Positions 27,895 to 38,060 of a stretch of 64,000 nt of DNA are shown piece after piece; position 1 is the first letter of the stretch; every line of letters begins with the position of its first letter. The notes beneath the pieces are model-generated. The model was given only the letters and a program-made list of their open reading frames with translations, did no database searches and was not told the origin of the DNA. The position numbers were made by a program, and so were the translations under genes. Source of the DNA: an uncultured bacterium. GTDB taxonomy: Bacteria > Actinomycetota > Acidimicrobiia > Spongiisociales > UBA5794. The stretch is taken from the NCBI GenBank assembly GCA_963801165.1, contig CAWDDT010000005.1, positions 128,001 through 192,000 on the forward strand, in the 5' to 3' direction.

Positions 27895-27913
27895 TCAGAT
27901 ATCTGACAAGTCA
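27895..27913. promoter_or_regulatory. Candidate MarR operator between divergent yceI and marR
   Basis: Perfect palindrome TCAGATATCTGA overlapping TGACAAGTCA in an AT-rich divergent spacer. Confidence 0.45.
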
Positions 27914-27938
27914 AATGTTTCTTGGTAAGATGATTTCG

Positions 27939-28406
27939 ATGACCGCCGCAACCACCCACAAAGCAATCGCCGACGAGCGAATCGGCCAGTTCGGTTTGTT
28001 CGTCGAGGCGGGCCGGCGTCTCGCCAGGATCATGGAAGCCTCGCTGCTGAATGCCCACGGCATGACGTCGATCGAGTTCGAGGCACTCCTTCGGGTGGCC
28101 AGATCGCCTGAGCATCGGATGTCGATGGGGCAGCTTGCCGAGCAGATGGTGCTCACCTCGGGTGGGGTCACCCGCCTCATCGACCGGCTGGCAGCAGACG
28201 GGCTCATCGCCAGGGTGAGTTGTCCCAGCGATCGACGGGTCCAGTGGGCGCATCTCACCAAGGCGGGAACCGAGAAGATTGTCGGCGTCGCCGAGACCCA
28301 CCTGGCCGATCTGGACGAGCATTTCTTCTCTGCCATGACGACCGAGGAGTTGGAGACAATACTCCCGGTGCTCGACCGGCTCCGCTCCGCCTGCACTGAG
28401 CACTGA
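27939..28406 (+). CDS. MarR-family regulator
   Basis: 'LAEQMVLTSGGVTRLIDRL' and 'DRRVQWAHLTKAG'; divergent from yceI. Start position uncertain. Confidence 0.9.
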   Translation: MTAATTHKAIADERIGQFGLFVEAGRRLARIMEASLLNAHGMTSIEFEALLRVARSPEHRMSMGQLAEQMVLTSGGVTRLIDRLAADGLIARVSCPSDRRVQWAHLTKAGTEKIVGVAETHLADLDEHFFSAMTTEELETILPVLDRLRSACTEH

Positions 28407-28604
28407 GACCCGCCGAAACGCACCGGGCGGGACGTCGTCGCACGCCACATCGCCAAACCTGCGGGTGAGCAGCCGGATCTGCACTGATCGCCTGGCATTT
28501 CAGGGTCTTGACAGACGGCCTACCGCCTCGGGACCAATGGGCCTACCGGTTGGGCCGACCCAGTCGCAATCATTGAATGCACTCCACTAGCTGAGGAGCT
28601 GATT

Positions 28605-31600
28605 TTGACTGCCCAAAACATCATGGTCGATGGCAACGAGGCCGCCGCCAGGATCGCCCACGCGCTTTCCGAGGTAATCGCCATCTACCCCATCACGCCT
28701 TCATCACCCATGGGCGAGCTCGCCGACTCCTGGTCGCAGAACGGTCAGACCAACATCTGGGGCGTCATCCCCGACGTGACCGAGATGCAGAGCGAGGGCG
28801 GTGCCGCCGGGGCCGTACACGGAGCGCTCCAGGCCGGCTCGATGTGCACCACCTTCACCGCCTCGCAGGGCTTGCTGTTGATGATCCCCAACATGTACAA
28901 GATCGCCGGTGAGCTGACCCCGGCCGTCTTCCACGTGGCCGCCCGGACCATCGCCACCCACGCCCTCAGCATCTTCGGGGACCATTCAGACGTAATGGCC
29001 ACCCGCCAAACCGGATTCGCCCTCCTCGCCTCCTCTTCGGTGCAAGAAGCTCACGACATCGCCCTGGTCGCCCATGCCGCGACCTTGCGGGCCCGGGTCC
29101 CGTTCGTGCACTTCTTCGACGGGTTCCGGACCTCCCACGAGGTCAAGAAGATCACGGCGATCGGCAAGGACACGATCAGGGCCATGATCGACGACGACCT
29201 CGTCACCGCTCACCGGCTGCGGGCGCTCAACCCCAACGTCCCCAAGCTCCGGGGAACCGCCCAGAACCCGGACGTGTTCTTCCAGGCACGGGAAGCATCG
29301 AACCCGTTCTACGACTCCACACCGGGCATCGTCCAGGAAGAGATGGACAAGCTGGCTGCCCTCATCGGGCGGCACTACCACCTGTTCGACTATCACGGCG
29401 CTCCCGATGCTGAAAGGGTCATCGTGTTGATGGGCTCCGGTGTCGGCGCGGCCAAGGAAGCAGTTGACCACCTCGTCGCCGCAGGCGAGAAGGTCGGCAT
29501 GGTGACGGTCCATCTGTACCGGCCGTTCTCCGTCGATCACTTCGTCTCGGCGCTGCCGGACACGGTCAAGCAGGTAGCTGTGCTCGACCGTACCAAGGAG
29601 CCCGGGGCGATCGGTGAGCCGCTCTATCTCGACGTCGTCGCCGCTTTTGCGGAGAAGGGCGGAGGTCCCCGGGTCATCGGCGGCCGCTACGGCCTCTCGT
29701 CGAAGGAATTCGACCCGGCGATGGCGATGACTGTGCTCGACGAGCTCGCCAAAGACGAGCCCAAGAAGCATTTCACCATCGGCATCACCGATGACGTCAC
29801 CAACCTGAGCCTGCCGGTCGAGCGCATCTGGCGAGAGCGTGCCGATGTTGTCCAGAGCGTCTTCTTCGGCCTCGGCGCCGACGGTACGGTCGGCGCCAAC
29901 AAGAACTCCGTGAAGATCATCGGTGAGAACACCGACAGGGCGGCGCAGGCCTACTTCGTCTACGACTCGAAGAAGTCGGGTGCGATGACCGTGTCCCACC
30001 TGCGCTTCGGCCCGGGCGAGATCGACTCCACCTACCTGATCCGCAAGGCGAACTTCGTGGCTTGCCACCAGTTCAACTTCATGGACAAGATCGACGTTCT
30101 CGACGTCGCCGATGAGGGAGCGACGTTCCTGCTCAACAGCCCGTACGGCCCGGACGAGGTGTGGGACGAGCTCCCCGCCAATGCCCAGCAGCACCTCATC
30201 GACAAGAAGCTGAAGTTCTACGTCGTCGACGCCACCGCCGTTGCCGGAGAAGCCGGTCTCGGCCAGCGGGTCAACACCGTGCTGCAGACCTGTTTCTTCG
30301 CCCTGGCAAACATCCTGCCTCATGACGAGGCAATCGCTGCCATCAAGAACGGCATCAAGAAGGCATACGGCAAGCGGGGTCAGGTCATACTGGACAAGAA
30401 CTACGCCGCCGTCGACTCGTCGCTTGCAGCCCTCGCCGAGGTGACAATCCCGAGCGAGGTCACGTCGACCAATCAGTTGCTGGCTCCGGTACCTGCCGAC
30501 GCACCGGATTTCGTCCAGCGCGTCACCGGCATGATCGCTGCCGGCAAGGGTGACCTGCTGCCGGTGAGCGCGTTGCCCGTTGATGGGACCTTCCCGACCG
30601 GAACGACACAATACGAGAAGCGCAGCATCGCCCTGGAAATCCCGATCTGGGACCCGGAGATCTGCATCGACTGCGCCCGGTGTGCGCTGGTCTGCCCACA
30701 TGCCGCGATCCGCATGAAGGTGTACGACCCCGCGATCGCAGCCGGCACACCCGACGGCTTCCGCACCAAGCCGTGGAAGGGCCGCGACTTCGAGGGCATG
30801 AGCATGACCATCCAGGTTGCGCCCGAGGACTGCACAGGGTGCGGCGTCTGCGTCAACGTGTGCCCCGCCAAGAGCAAGTCCGAGGTCAAGCACAAAGCCA
30901 TCAACATGGAACCCAAGATGGACCATCTCGACGTCGAGAAGGAGAGCTACGAGTTCTTCCTGTCGATCCCGGACTGGGACCGCACCAAGACCGACCCGGC
31001 GACCGTCAAAGGCTCCCAGGTGCTCAAGCCACTCTTCGAGTACAGCGGCGCCTGCGCCGGTTGCGGCGAGACGCCCTACGTCAAACTGATGAGCCAGATG
31101 TTCGGCGATCGGATGATCGTCGCCAACGCCACCGGTTGCTCGTCGATCTACGGCGGCAACCTGCCGTCAACACCATGGACGGTCGACGAGAACGGGCGGG
31201 GACCGTCGTGGTCCAACTCGCTGTTCGAGGACAACGCCGAGTTCGGCCTCGGCATGCGTCTCGCGGTGGACCACCAGACCGTGATGGCGCAGGATCTCCT
31301 TGCCGAACTGGCGCCCGAGATCGGCGGCTTGGCAGGTGAGATCCTCGATGCCGACCAGTCGTCTGAAGAGGGCATCGCCAAGCAGCGCGACCGCGTAGTC
31401 GAGTTGAAGCGTGTTTTGGCCACGACGGACAGCCCACTGGCCAAGCGTCTCGACACACTCACCGACTATCTGGTCCGGATGAATGTCTGGATCATGGGCG
31501 GTGACGGTTGGGCATACGACATCGGGTTCGGCGGTCTAGATCACGTCCTCGCATCGGGCAGAGACGTCAACATCCTCGTACTCGACACCGAGGTGTATTC

Positions 31601-32159
31601 GAACACCGGCGGTCAGGCTTCCAAGTCGACTCCGAGGGCAGCGGTCGCCAAGTTCGCTGCCGGCGGCAAGGCGACGATGAAGAAGGATCTCGGGATGATC
31701 GCCATGCTCTACGGCGACGTATACGTGGCGCAGGTGTCGATGGGCGCCAACATGACCCAGGTGGCCAAGGCCTTCGCCGAGGCGGAAGCCCACCACGGGC
31801 CATCGCTGATCATTGCCCTGAGCCCCTGCATCGCCCACGGCATCGACATGTCGACGATGATGGCGCACCAGAAGGAAGCAGCCGATTCCGGCTACTGGCC
31901 GCTCTACCGGTACAGCCCGGAGGAGGCTGCCGCCGGGCGTCCCGGGATGAAACTCGACAGCAGGGCACCAAAGATGTCCTTCCGGGACTTCGCCAAGTCC
32001 GAGGGCCGGTTCGCGATGTTGGCCAGGGCCAACCCGGACCACTACGACGAGCTCATGGATCTGGCACAGGAGGACATCGACAACCGGTGGCACCTCTATG
32101 AGCAGATGATCCATGTGGAGAGGACGGCAGAGCTTGCCGCCGAGGAGGGAGAAGTATGA
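28605..32159 (+). CDS. nifJ: Pyruvate:ferredoxin (flavodoxin) oxidoreductase, single-subunit type
   Basis: 'IYPITPS', 'EMQSEGGAAG', two CxxCxxCxxxCP ferredoxin motifs, 'GACAGCGE' and TPP motif 'GGDGWAYDIG'. Confidence 0.97.
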   Translation: MTAQNIMVDGNEAAARIAHALSEVIAIYPITPSSPMGELADSWSQNGQTNIWGVIPDVTEMQSEGGAAGAVHGALQAGSMCTTFTASQGLLLMIPNMYKIAGELTPAVFHVAARTIATHALSIFGDHSDVMATRQTGFALLASSSVQEAHDIALVAHAATLRARVPFVHFFDGFRTSHEVKKITAIGKDTIRAMIDDDLVTAHRLRALNPNVPKLRGTAQNPDVFFQAREASNPFYDSTPGIVQEEMDKLAALIGRHYHLFDYHGAPDAERVIVLMGSGVGAAKEAVDHLVAAGEKVGMVTVHLYRPFSVDHFVSALPDTVKQVAVLDRTKEPGAIGEPLYLDVVAAFAEKGGGPRVIGGRYGLSSKEFDPAMAMTVLDELAKDEPKKHFTIGITDDVTNLSLPVERIWRERADVVQSVFFGLGADGTVGANKNSVKIIGENTDRAAQAYFVYDSKKSGAMTVSHLRFGPGEIDSTYLIRKANFVACHQFNFMDKIDVLDVADEGATFLLNSPYGPDEVWDELPANAQQHLIDKKLKFYVVDATAVAGEAGLGQRVNTVLQTCFFALANILPHDEAIAAIKNGIKKAYGKRGQVILDKNYAAVDSSLAALAEVTIPSEVTSTNQLLAPVPADAPDFVQRVTGMIAAGKGDLLPVSALPVDGTFPTGTTQYEKRSIALEIPIWDPEICIDCARCALVCPHAAIRMKVYDPAIAAGTPDGFRTKPWKGRDFEGMSMTIQVAPEDCTGCGVCVNVCPAKSKSEVKHKAINMEPKMDHLDVEKESYEFFLSIPDWDRTKTDPATVKGSQVLKPLFEYSGACAGCGETPYVKLMSQMFGDRMIVANATGCSSIYGGNLPSTPWTVDENGRGPSWSNSLFEDNAEFGLGMRLAVDHQTVMAQDLLAELAPEIGGLAGEILDADQSSEEGIAKQRDRVVELKRVLATTDSPLAKRLDTLTDYLVRMNVWIMGGDGWAYDIGFGGLDHVLASGRDVNILVLDTEVYSNTGGQASKSTPRAAVAKFAAGGKATMKKDLGMIAMLYGDVYVAQVSMGANMTQVAKAFAEAEAHHGPSLIIALSPCIAHGIDMSTMMAHQKEAADSGYWPLYRYSPEEAAAGRPGMKLDSRAPKMSFRDFAKSEGRFAMLARANPDHYDELMDLAQEDIDNRWHLYEQMIHVERTAELAAEEGEV

Positions 32160-33163
32160 CCGTCGATATCTCTACGAAGTATCTCGGGCTCCAGCTGCCC
32201 AACCCGCTCGTCGCCTCGGCGTCGCCGCTGACCGGCAAGCTCGAGACGCTCCTCCAGCTCGAGGAGGCGGGAGCGGCTGCAGCCGTTCTCCCGTCGCTCT
32301 TCGAGGAGCAGATCGAACACGACTCGTGGGCCGTTCACGACTTGTACGAGTACGGGTCCGCTATCTCCCCCGAAGCCTTCGGCGGGTACGTGCCCGAGAT
32401 GGAGAGTTACAACACAGGGCCCGAGCACTATCTCGAGCTGCTGGAGCAGGCCAAGGAGAAGCTGGAGATCCCGGTCATCGCCAGCCTCAACGGCATGTCT
32501 CCCGGTGGCTGGACCAAGTACGCCAAGTACATGGAGGAGGCAGGCGCCGACGCCCTCGAGCTGAATGTCTACCGGGTGGCCACCGATGTCAATATGACCG
32601 GCGGCGAGATCGAACAGAGCTACATCGATCTCGTCTCCGACGTCAAGGGGTCGATCGGGATCCCGCTTGCGGTGAAGATCTCGCCGTACTTCTCGTCGCT
32701 GGCGTCGATGGCCCGGCGTCTCATCGAGGCAGGGGCCGACGGTCTTGTGTTGTTCAACCGCTTCTACCAACCGGACATCAACCTCGAGGAACTCAAGGTC
32801 AAGCCCGACATCGTCCTGTCGAGCCCGGTGAACCTGCGTCTCCCGCTGCGGTGGACCGCCATCCTCAGCGGCAGGATCGACGGCTCGCTCGCAGCCAGCT
32901 CTGGTGTCCACACCGGTGAGGACGTCGTCAAGCTGGTCCTGGCCGGAGCGGATGTCACCCAGATGGCATCGGCTCTGCTCAAGTACGGGCCGAGCCATCT
33001 CGCCACGGTGCTGTTCGAGATGGAGTCGTGGTTCGCCGAGCACGACTACACCTCGCTCGAGCAGGGCAAGGGCAGCCTGAGTCAGGCTCATTCCGCCGAT
33101 CCGGAATCCTTCGAGCGCACCAACTACATGCGCTCGCTGGTCAGCTACTCGTCGCGGTACTGA
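32156..33163 (+). CDS. Dihydroorotate dehydrogenase-like FMN TIM-barrel protein
   Basis: 'YLGLQLPNPLVASASPL', 'PVIASLNG', 'PLAVKISPY' and 'LFNRFYQPDI'; translationally coupled to PFOR. Confidence 0.88.
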   Translation: MTVDISTKYLGLQLPNPLVASASPLTGKLETLLQLEEAGAAAAVLPSLFEEQIEHDSWAVHDLYEYGSAISPEAFGGYVPEMESYNTGPEHYLELLEQAKEKLEIPVIASLNGMSPGGWTKYAKYMEEAGADALELNVYRVATDVNMTGGEIEQSYIDLVSDVKGSIGIPLAVKISPYFSSLASMARRLIEAGADGLVLFNRFYQPDINLEELKVKPDIVLSSPVNLRLPLRWTAILSGRIDGSLAASSGVHTGEDVVKLVLAGADVTQMASALLKYGPSHLATVLFEMESWFAEHDYTSLEQGKGSLSQAHSADPESFERTNYMRSLVSYSSRY

Positions 33164-33199
33164 GACCTGTTGCTCTAGCCCGGTGACTCTCCCGCTAGG

Positions 33200-35446
33200 G
33201 TGCGCCGGGTGCGATCGATCGACGAGATACTTGCGTCGCTGAGCCTCGAGGAGAAGGTGGCGCAACTGTCGTGCGGCGGCCGTTGCTACGAGCTGCCGGA
33301 GTTGAGCGGTGGCAGCGTTGACGTCGAGGCCCTGCTGGTCCGATTCCCATACGGCACCGGTCAGCTCGGTCGCCCGAGCGTTGGTCGTGATCAGACGGCG
33401 GCGCGGCAGTTGACCACAGCGGTGCAGACGGCCATCCGGGAGGGGACCAGGGCTGGGATCGGCGTGCTCTTCAACGAGGAGGGGGTGCACGGCGTGATGG
33501 GTGGTGGAGCCACTGTCTTTCCCGCGGCTCTCGGTCTGGGTGCGACGTGGGATCCGGCCTTGGTCGAGGCCGTTTATGCAGCCGTGGCTCGCGAATGTCG
33601 GGCCCGGGGCAGCAACTACATATACGCTCCCGTGCTCGATCTGGCGCGCGATCCACGGTGGGGTCGGGTCGAGGAGACATTCGGTGAGGATCCCCATCAT
33701 GTGGCCACAATGGGTGTTGCCGCCGTGGTCGGCCTCGAGGGAACCGGGGATCGGATCGCACCCGATCGGGTGCTGGCCTGTGCCAAGCATTTCGTCGGGC
33801 ACGGGATGCCGCAGGCGGGCACAAACGCCGCTCCCATCACGATTGGTGAGCGCGAGTTGCGTCGCGATCACCTGCTGCCGTTCCGGACGGTGATCGACCG
33901 GGCCAACGTAGGGGCGATCATGGTCGCTTACAACGAGCTCGACGGCATCCCGATGCACAGTAACGCCCGATGGATCACCACGGTCCTGCGCGACGAGCTC
34001 GGCTTCGCCGGCATGGTCACTTCCGACGGATTCGGCATGCATCAGCTCGAGACCGTACACCGGGTCGCCCGTGACCCGGCAGATGCCGCCCTGCTGGCGT
34101 TTGCCGCCGGGATCGACTGCGAGATACCCGAGCCCATGTGCGCACCATCCCTCGTCGAGCACGTGCGCAGCGGCCGGCTCGCCACCGATGTGGTCGACCG
34201 GGCTTGCCGGAACGTGCTGACCGCCAAGGACCGCCTGGGTCTCCTGGACACCGAGGCGCAAACAGATTCCATCAGCATCGACCGCCCGGCTCATCGAGAT
34301 CTGGCACGGCGGGCCGCGGAGCGAGCAATCGTGTTGCTCACCAACGGCAGAGGACGGTTGCCGCTCGACGCCAGCTCCTCGGGCGTAATGCTCGTATGCG
34401 GTCCCAACGCCGCCCACGCCCATCTCGGCGGGTATACGGACCCGGACGCGGCCGGGTCGTCGGTTCTGGATGGCCTCCGCACACGGTTCGAGTCATGGAC
34501 CGTCGACTACGAGGAAGGATGCCGGATAACCGATGATCCGGCGGGTCCAAAGACATGGTGGCAAGACGAGATCCGACTCGCCGACCCTGCCGCAGATGAC
34601 GACCGTATGACATGCGCGGTTGCCGCCGCGGCCACGGCCGACGTTGCCGTCGTCGTGGTCGGGGGCAACGAGGCGACTCATCGGGAGGGTTGGTGGTTCG
34701 ATCACCTAGGCGACCGCGCCGAGTTGACATTGGCCGGCAGACAGGACGAGCTGATCGAGCGGATCGCCGCCACCGGGACGCCGACCGTTGCCATGGTCAT
34801 CAGCGCGGGTCCTGTCGATTTGCGGCGTGTAGTTGCCGTCGCAGATGCCGTGCTGTGGAGCTGTTATCCGGGTGAGCGGGGTGGTGAGGCAATCGCCCGC
34901 ATCCTCGCCGGGGATGCGGATCCTGCCGGACGCATCCCGGTCACCTTCCCGCGGTCGACCGGCCAGATACCCATTTACAGCGGGCGTCAACCTTCGGCGG
35001 GTCGCGGCTACTTGCACTCGGATCCTTCCCCGCTCTTTCCATTTGGATCGGGGCTGTCGTACACCAGCTTTGTGCTGGGGTCCGTGGTGGCAACCCCGAC
35101 CGAGATCACGATTGGGGAACTCGGCAACGGCGCCGCCATCGAGCTCGAGGTCGAGATCGCAAATAGCGGTTTGCGTCGTGGATCCGAGCTGATCCGGGTC
35201 CACATCCTCGACACCGTTGCTTCTGTCGCCCAGCCAAGCCGGCTCGCTGCGTTTGAGCGTGTCGAACTCACGCCCGGAGAGACAACCACCGTCGGGCTGC
35301 GGCTCGAAGAGGCAGCGTTTGCTCTCATCGATCAGGCGATGCAGAAGCGGATTGAGCCGGGCGAATTCGAGCTGAGCGTGGTCGCCGGGGATCAACACCG
35401 GAAGTTGATGATCCGGGTTCATGGTGGTCACGGGCCACCAGCGTGA
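33200..35446 (+). CDS. GH3 beta-glucosidase (BglX-like)
   Basis: 'EEGVHG', 'RDPRWGRVEETFGEDP', 'KHFVGHG', 'VTSDG' and 'FPFGSGLSYT'. Confidence 0.9.
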   Translation: MRRVRSIDEILASLSLEEKVAQLSCGGRCYELPELSGGSVDVEALLVRFPYGTGQLGRPSVGRDQTAARQLTTAVQTAIREGTRAGIGVLFNEEGVHGVMGGGATVFPAALGLGATWDPALVEAVYAAVARECRARGSNYIYAPVLDLARDPRWGRVEETFGEDPHHVATMGVAAVVGLEGTGDRIAPDRVLACAKHFVGHGMPQAGTNAAPITIGERELRRDHLLPFRTVIDRANVGAIMVAYNELDGIPMHSNARWITTVLRDELGFAGMVTSDGFGMHQLETVHRVARDPADAALLAFAAGIDCEIPEPMCAPSLVEHVRSGRLATDVVDRACRNVLTAKDRLGLLDTEAQTDSISIDRPAHRDLARRAAERAIVLLTNGRGRLPLDASSSGVMLVCGPNAAHAHLGGYTDPDAAGSSVLDGLRTRFESWTVDYEEGCRITDDPAGPKTWWQDEIRLADPAADDDRMTCAVAAAATADVAVVVVGGNEATHREGWWFDHLGDRAELTLAGRQDELIERIAATGTPTVAMVISAGPVDLRRVVAVADAVLWSCYPGERGGEAIARILAGDADPAGRIPVTFPRSTGQIPIYSGRQPSAGRGYLHSDPSPLFPFGSGLSYTSFVLGSVVATPTEITIGELGNGAAIELEVEIANSGLRRGSELIRVHILDTVASVAQPSRLAAFERVELTPGETTTVGLRLEEAAFALIDQAMQKRIEPGEFELSVVAGDQHRKLMIRVHGGHGPPA

Positions 35447-35466
35447 CCACCGACGCGCATCCGTAT

Positions 35467-36005
35467 TCAGATGTCTACGGTGCCCTCTATGCAGGTGACC
35501 GAGTCACCACCGATCCAGATCGCCCCCGCATCCTCCTCGACATAGACACGCCCGTCGCGACCCAGAGCCTTGCCCTGAGCGGCGATATAGGGGGCCTGCG
35601 CCACCCCTCGGCGAGCATCCATTGCGCCAACGAGGCGTTGAGACTGCCCATCACCGGGTCCTCGCGCATGACACGATCCACCGGAAAGAACGCACGTACC
35701 TCGAACTGGGCTGATGCGCCGGGCGGGTACGGCGCCACGATGCCGATGTCGAGGGGAGCATATTCCGGCTCGATGGCCAGCACGCGATCCGGATCCTCGA
35801 TCCTGACCGCGACCCACCCTGGGCCGTTATCCACCCACGCGGCATCCACAACCTCATCCGCAGCGATGCCGAGCGATCTGATCGCCACACCAAGGGTGGC
35901 GGCGTCCAGCGGACCGCTCCGGACCAGCGGCGGCGCCTGGAATGCCAGCCTCCTGTGTAGGGATCGCAACGTGACCAGCCCGATGCCGCACTCCTGTATA
36001 ACAGC
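35467..36005 (-). pseudogene. PhzF-family epimerase remnant (5'-truncated, frameshifted)
   Basis: 'IQECGIGLV', 'LAFQAPPL', 'VDNGPGW', 'EVRAFFP', 'EDPVMGSLNAS', then a frame change at a G run (~35605) to 'YIAAQGKALGRDGRV..IWIGG'. The N-terminal third is missing. Confidence 0.8.
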
Positions 36006-36334
36006 ACCACACCGCCCTGGTCGGCCAACCGGTGTGGCTGTTCAGCAGCGGTCCGCTGGGTACCGGTCTCGTCGACAAGGAAGGCCGCGACGTCATTGAG
36101 GCCTCCCGACCCAAGGAATTCGACGAGCTGGACGAGTTGCTCCAACCGCAGGGCGAGAGGATCTTCTTTGGCGCCTGGGACTCCGAGGCCCCGCCGGTTG
36201 GGATGGCGGTGCGATTCATGCGGCGCATGCTTAAAACCCGCCAGGCGACGCCGACCGGCGATTTCCGCGACTGGGAGGCGATCGACGAATGGGCCGCCGA
36301 AATCGCCTCCCAACTCGGGTCGGTCAAGACCTGA
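36002..36334 (+). pseudogene. Flavodoxin-domain (HemG/flavodoxin_5-like) protein remnant, 5'-truncated
   Basis: 'PVWLFSSGPLG', 'FFGA' and 'GDFRDWEAIDEWAAEIA'. The N-terminal FMN-binding loop is absent, and there is an in-frame stop at 35999-36001. Confidence 0.75.
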
Positions 36335-36414
36335 GCACCTGACCCTGATGCCCGGTCACCGGTCGAGGGAGGCGATACCCCCGACTGGGGAGAACCCGAC
36401 CGGTTGACCCTCAC

Positions 36415-37569
36415 TCAGCGCAATAGGGTCGCAATACCCTCCACCGACGGGCTGTCGACCACCTCACCGTTCAGCACGACGCGGGCCGGTGATCCGGACG
36501 CGCTGACCACTGCAACGATACCGTTCCAATCCAGCCATGAGACGTTGTCGTCTCGTACACCGCTTATCTGCGTGCTCGAGATCTCGTCGCCGCTCGTCAA
36601 GTCGACTACGACCAGCTGGAACGGCGCCTCGCTGCGCGGTAAACCGTGCAAGAAGGACATCGACTCCCCGTCCGGGGCGATGACACCGTCACCAACCCAC
36701 ACGGTCGTCACGGCGTCAGCGGTGGCGTGATCCTGGGGATTCCCGGACAGCTCGACCGGTGACCCGTCGGCGCCGACCGTATCGAACCAGGTGAGACCCT
36801 CGGCGGATTCCATCGTGAGCAAATACGTTCCCATCGCATACGAGACGTGCACGACATAGGCGTCGGAATCTCCGACTGCGGCGACGTTCCGATCGACGCC
36901 GGTCACCATGTCGTAGACGTGGAGGTCCTGAGCAAAGGAATCCTGTCCCGGTGTGCCCGTCTCCGCCATGTACACAACCGAGGTATGCCCCGCTACCTCA
37001 GTTACCTGGAAGAGCTGGAGTCGTTGCCCCGCCGCGGGTGAGATGATTGAGGCAGGTTGAGTAGCATCGCCCGAGCACAAACTTCCCGAGTCGTTGCCCC
37101 CGAGACACAGGATATCGCTGGCGGACGTCCCGATCTGGAACACATAGCCGCCACCTCCGTCGCTGAGCGCGAGCATGATCGGCCCAACATCACCGCCACT
37201 GGCCTCCCCGCCGTCCCGGGAAACAACGATGCCGTCCCTAGAGGCCACGGCCAATCCCACGTAGTACGCCGGAGCCATGGTCGTGACCACAGGCTCCGCG
37301 GTTGTCGACGTGACCATCGAGGTCGTCGTGGTCGCCGTGGCCACCGCTGTGCTCGACACTCCGCCTAGCTCCTCGCCGCCCGGTCGGATGGACGCGACGG
37401 CTATCCCGACGGCAGCCACGCTGACGGCCATCGCCGCCCCCACCGCGGTCATGGTCAAGGCGCGACGCCGACGTCCCCTTGCGATAACGGCGTCCATCTG
37501 CCCGGGAGGTGGCACCACCCTGCCTGCCTCCGACACCAATTCGTCACGAACACGGTCTTCCAGATTCAC
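36415..37569 (-). CDS. Single-pass membrane protein, putative anti-sigma factor
   Basis: Short cytoplasmic N-terminus ending 'ARGRRRRA', one TM helix, a Thr-rich linker and a beta-rich external domain; coupled to the ECF sigma gene. Confidence 0.7.
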   Translation of the reverse strand: MNLEDRVRDELVSEAGRVVPPPGQMDAVIARGRRRRALTMTAVGAAMAVSVAAVGIAVASIRPGGEELGGVSSTAVATATTTTSMVTSTTAEPVVTTMAPAYYVGLAVASRDGIVVSRDGGEASGGDVGPIMLALSDGGGGYVFQIGTSASDILCLGGNDSGSLCSGDATQPASIISPAAGQRLQLFQVTEVAGHTSVVYMAETGTPGQDSFAQDLHVYDMVTGVDRNVAAVGDSDAYVVHVSYAMGTYLLTMESAEGLTWFDTVGADGSPVELSGNPQDHATADAVTTVWVGDGVIAPDGESMSFLHGLPRSEAPFQLVVVDLTSGDEISSTQISGVRDDNVSWLDWNGIVAVVSASGSPARVVLNGEVVDSPSVEGIATLLR

Positions 37570-38060
37570 GAGCTCACCTCCAAAACGTCCCGGAGCTGGA
37601 TCAGCGCACGGTGCAGCCTGCTCTTGACCGTTCCCAGACGGATCTGGAGCGTATCTGCGATCTCCTCGAGGGACATGTTGAGGAAGTAGCGCAGAACGAC
37701 AACAGCTCGCTGGTGATCGGTGAGAGCCCCGATTCCGCTTGCCAACAGCGGGTCGAAAGGATCCGGATCCCACACGGCCGGTTCGGCCATGACCTCCGCA
37801 ACCTCGCGTCGCCGCTTCCTGAGCCGGGATATCGCCCAGTTGAACCCAACCCGGTAGGCCCATCCCGCCGGGTTGTTGTACGCACGCAACCTCGCCCATC
37901 GTTGGAAGGCACGAGCCATCGCCTCGTCCGCCGCCTCGGCTGCCAGGTCGGCGTCCCGGAGTGTGATCGACAGAGCACGAACCAGGTCGTCCCGGTTGAG
38001 TCGATAGAAGTCCTCGAAGCGTGAGGGGCGGATCCTCGGCTGTAGATCGTCACGGATCAC
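37566..38060 (-). CDS. ECF RNA polymerase sigma factor
   Basis: Region 2 'FEDFYR...DLAAEAADEAMARAFQRW' and region 4 'QRAVVVLRY...EEIADTLQIRLGTVKSRLHRA'. Start uncertain. Confidence 0.9.
   Translation of the reverse strand: MIRDDLQPRIRPSRFEDFYRLNRDDLVRALSITLRDADLAAEAADEAMARAFQRWARLRAYNNPAGWAYRVGFNWAISRLRKRRREVAEVMAEPAVWDPDPFDPLLASGIGALTDHQRAVVVLRYFLNMSLEEIADTLQIRLGTVKSRLHRALIQLRDVLEVSS

Noticed and set aside
28986-30926. 646-aa minus-strand ORF (also 32096-34423, 38792-39775, 47106-48008, 61989-63473 and similar)
   Set aside because: Antisense shadows of well-supported genes (PFOR, GH3, gcvP, dnaK, SPFH). These are expected in high-GC DNA and carry no recognisable motifs.
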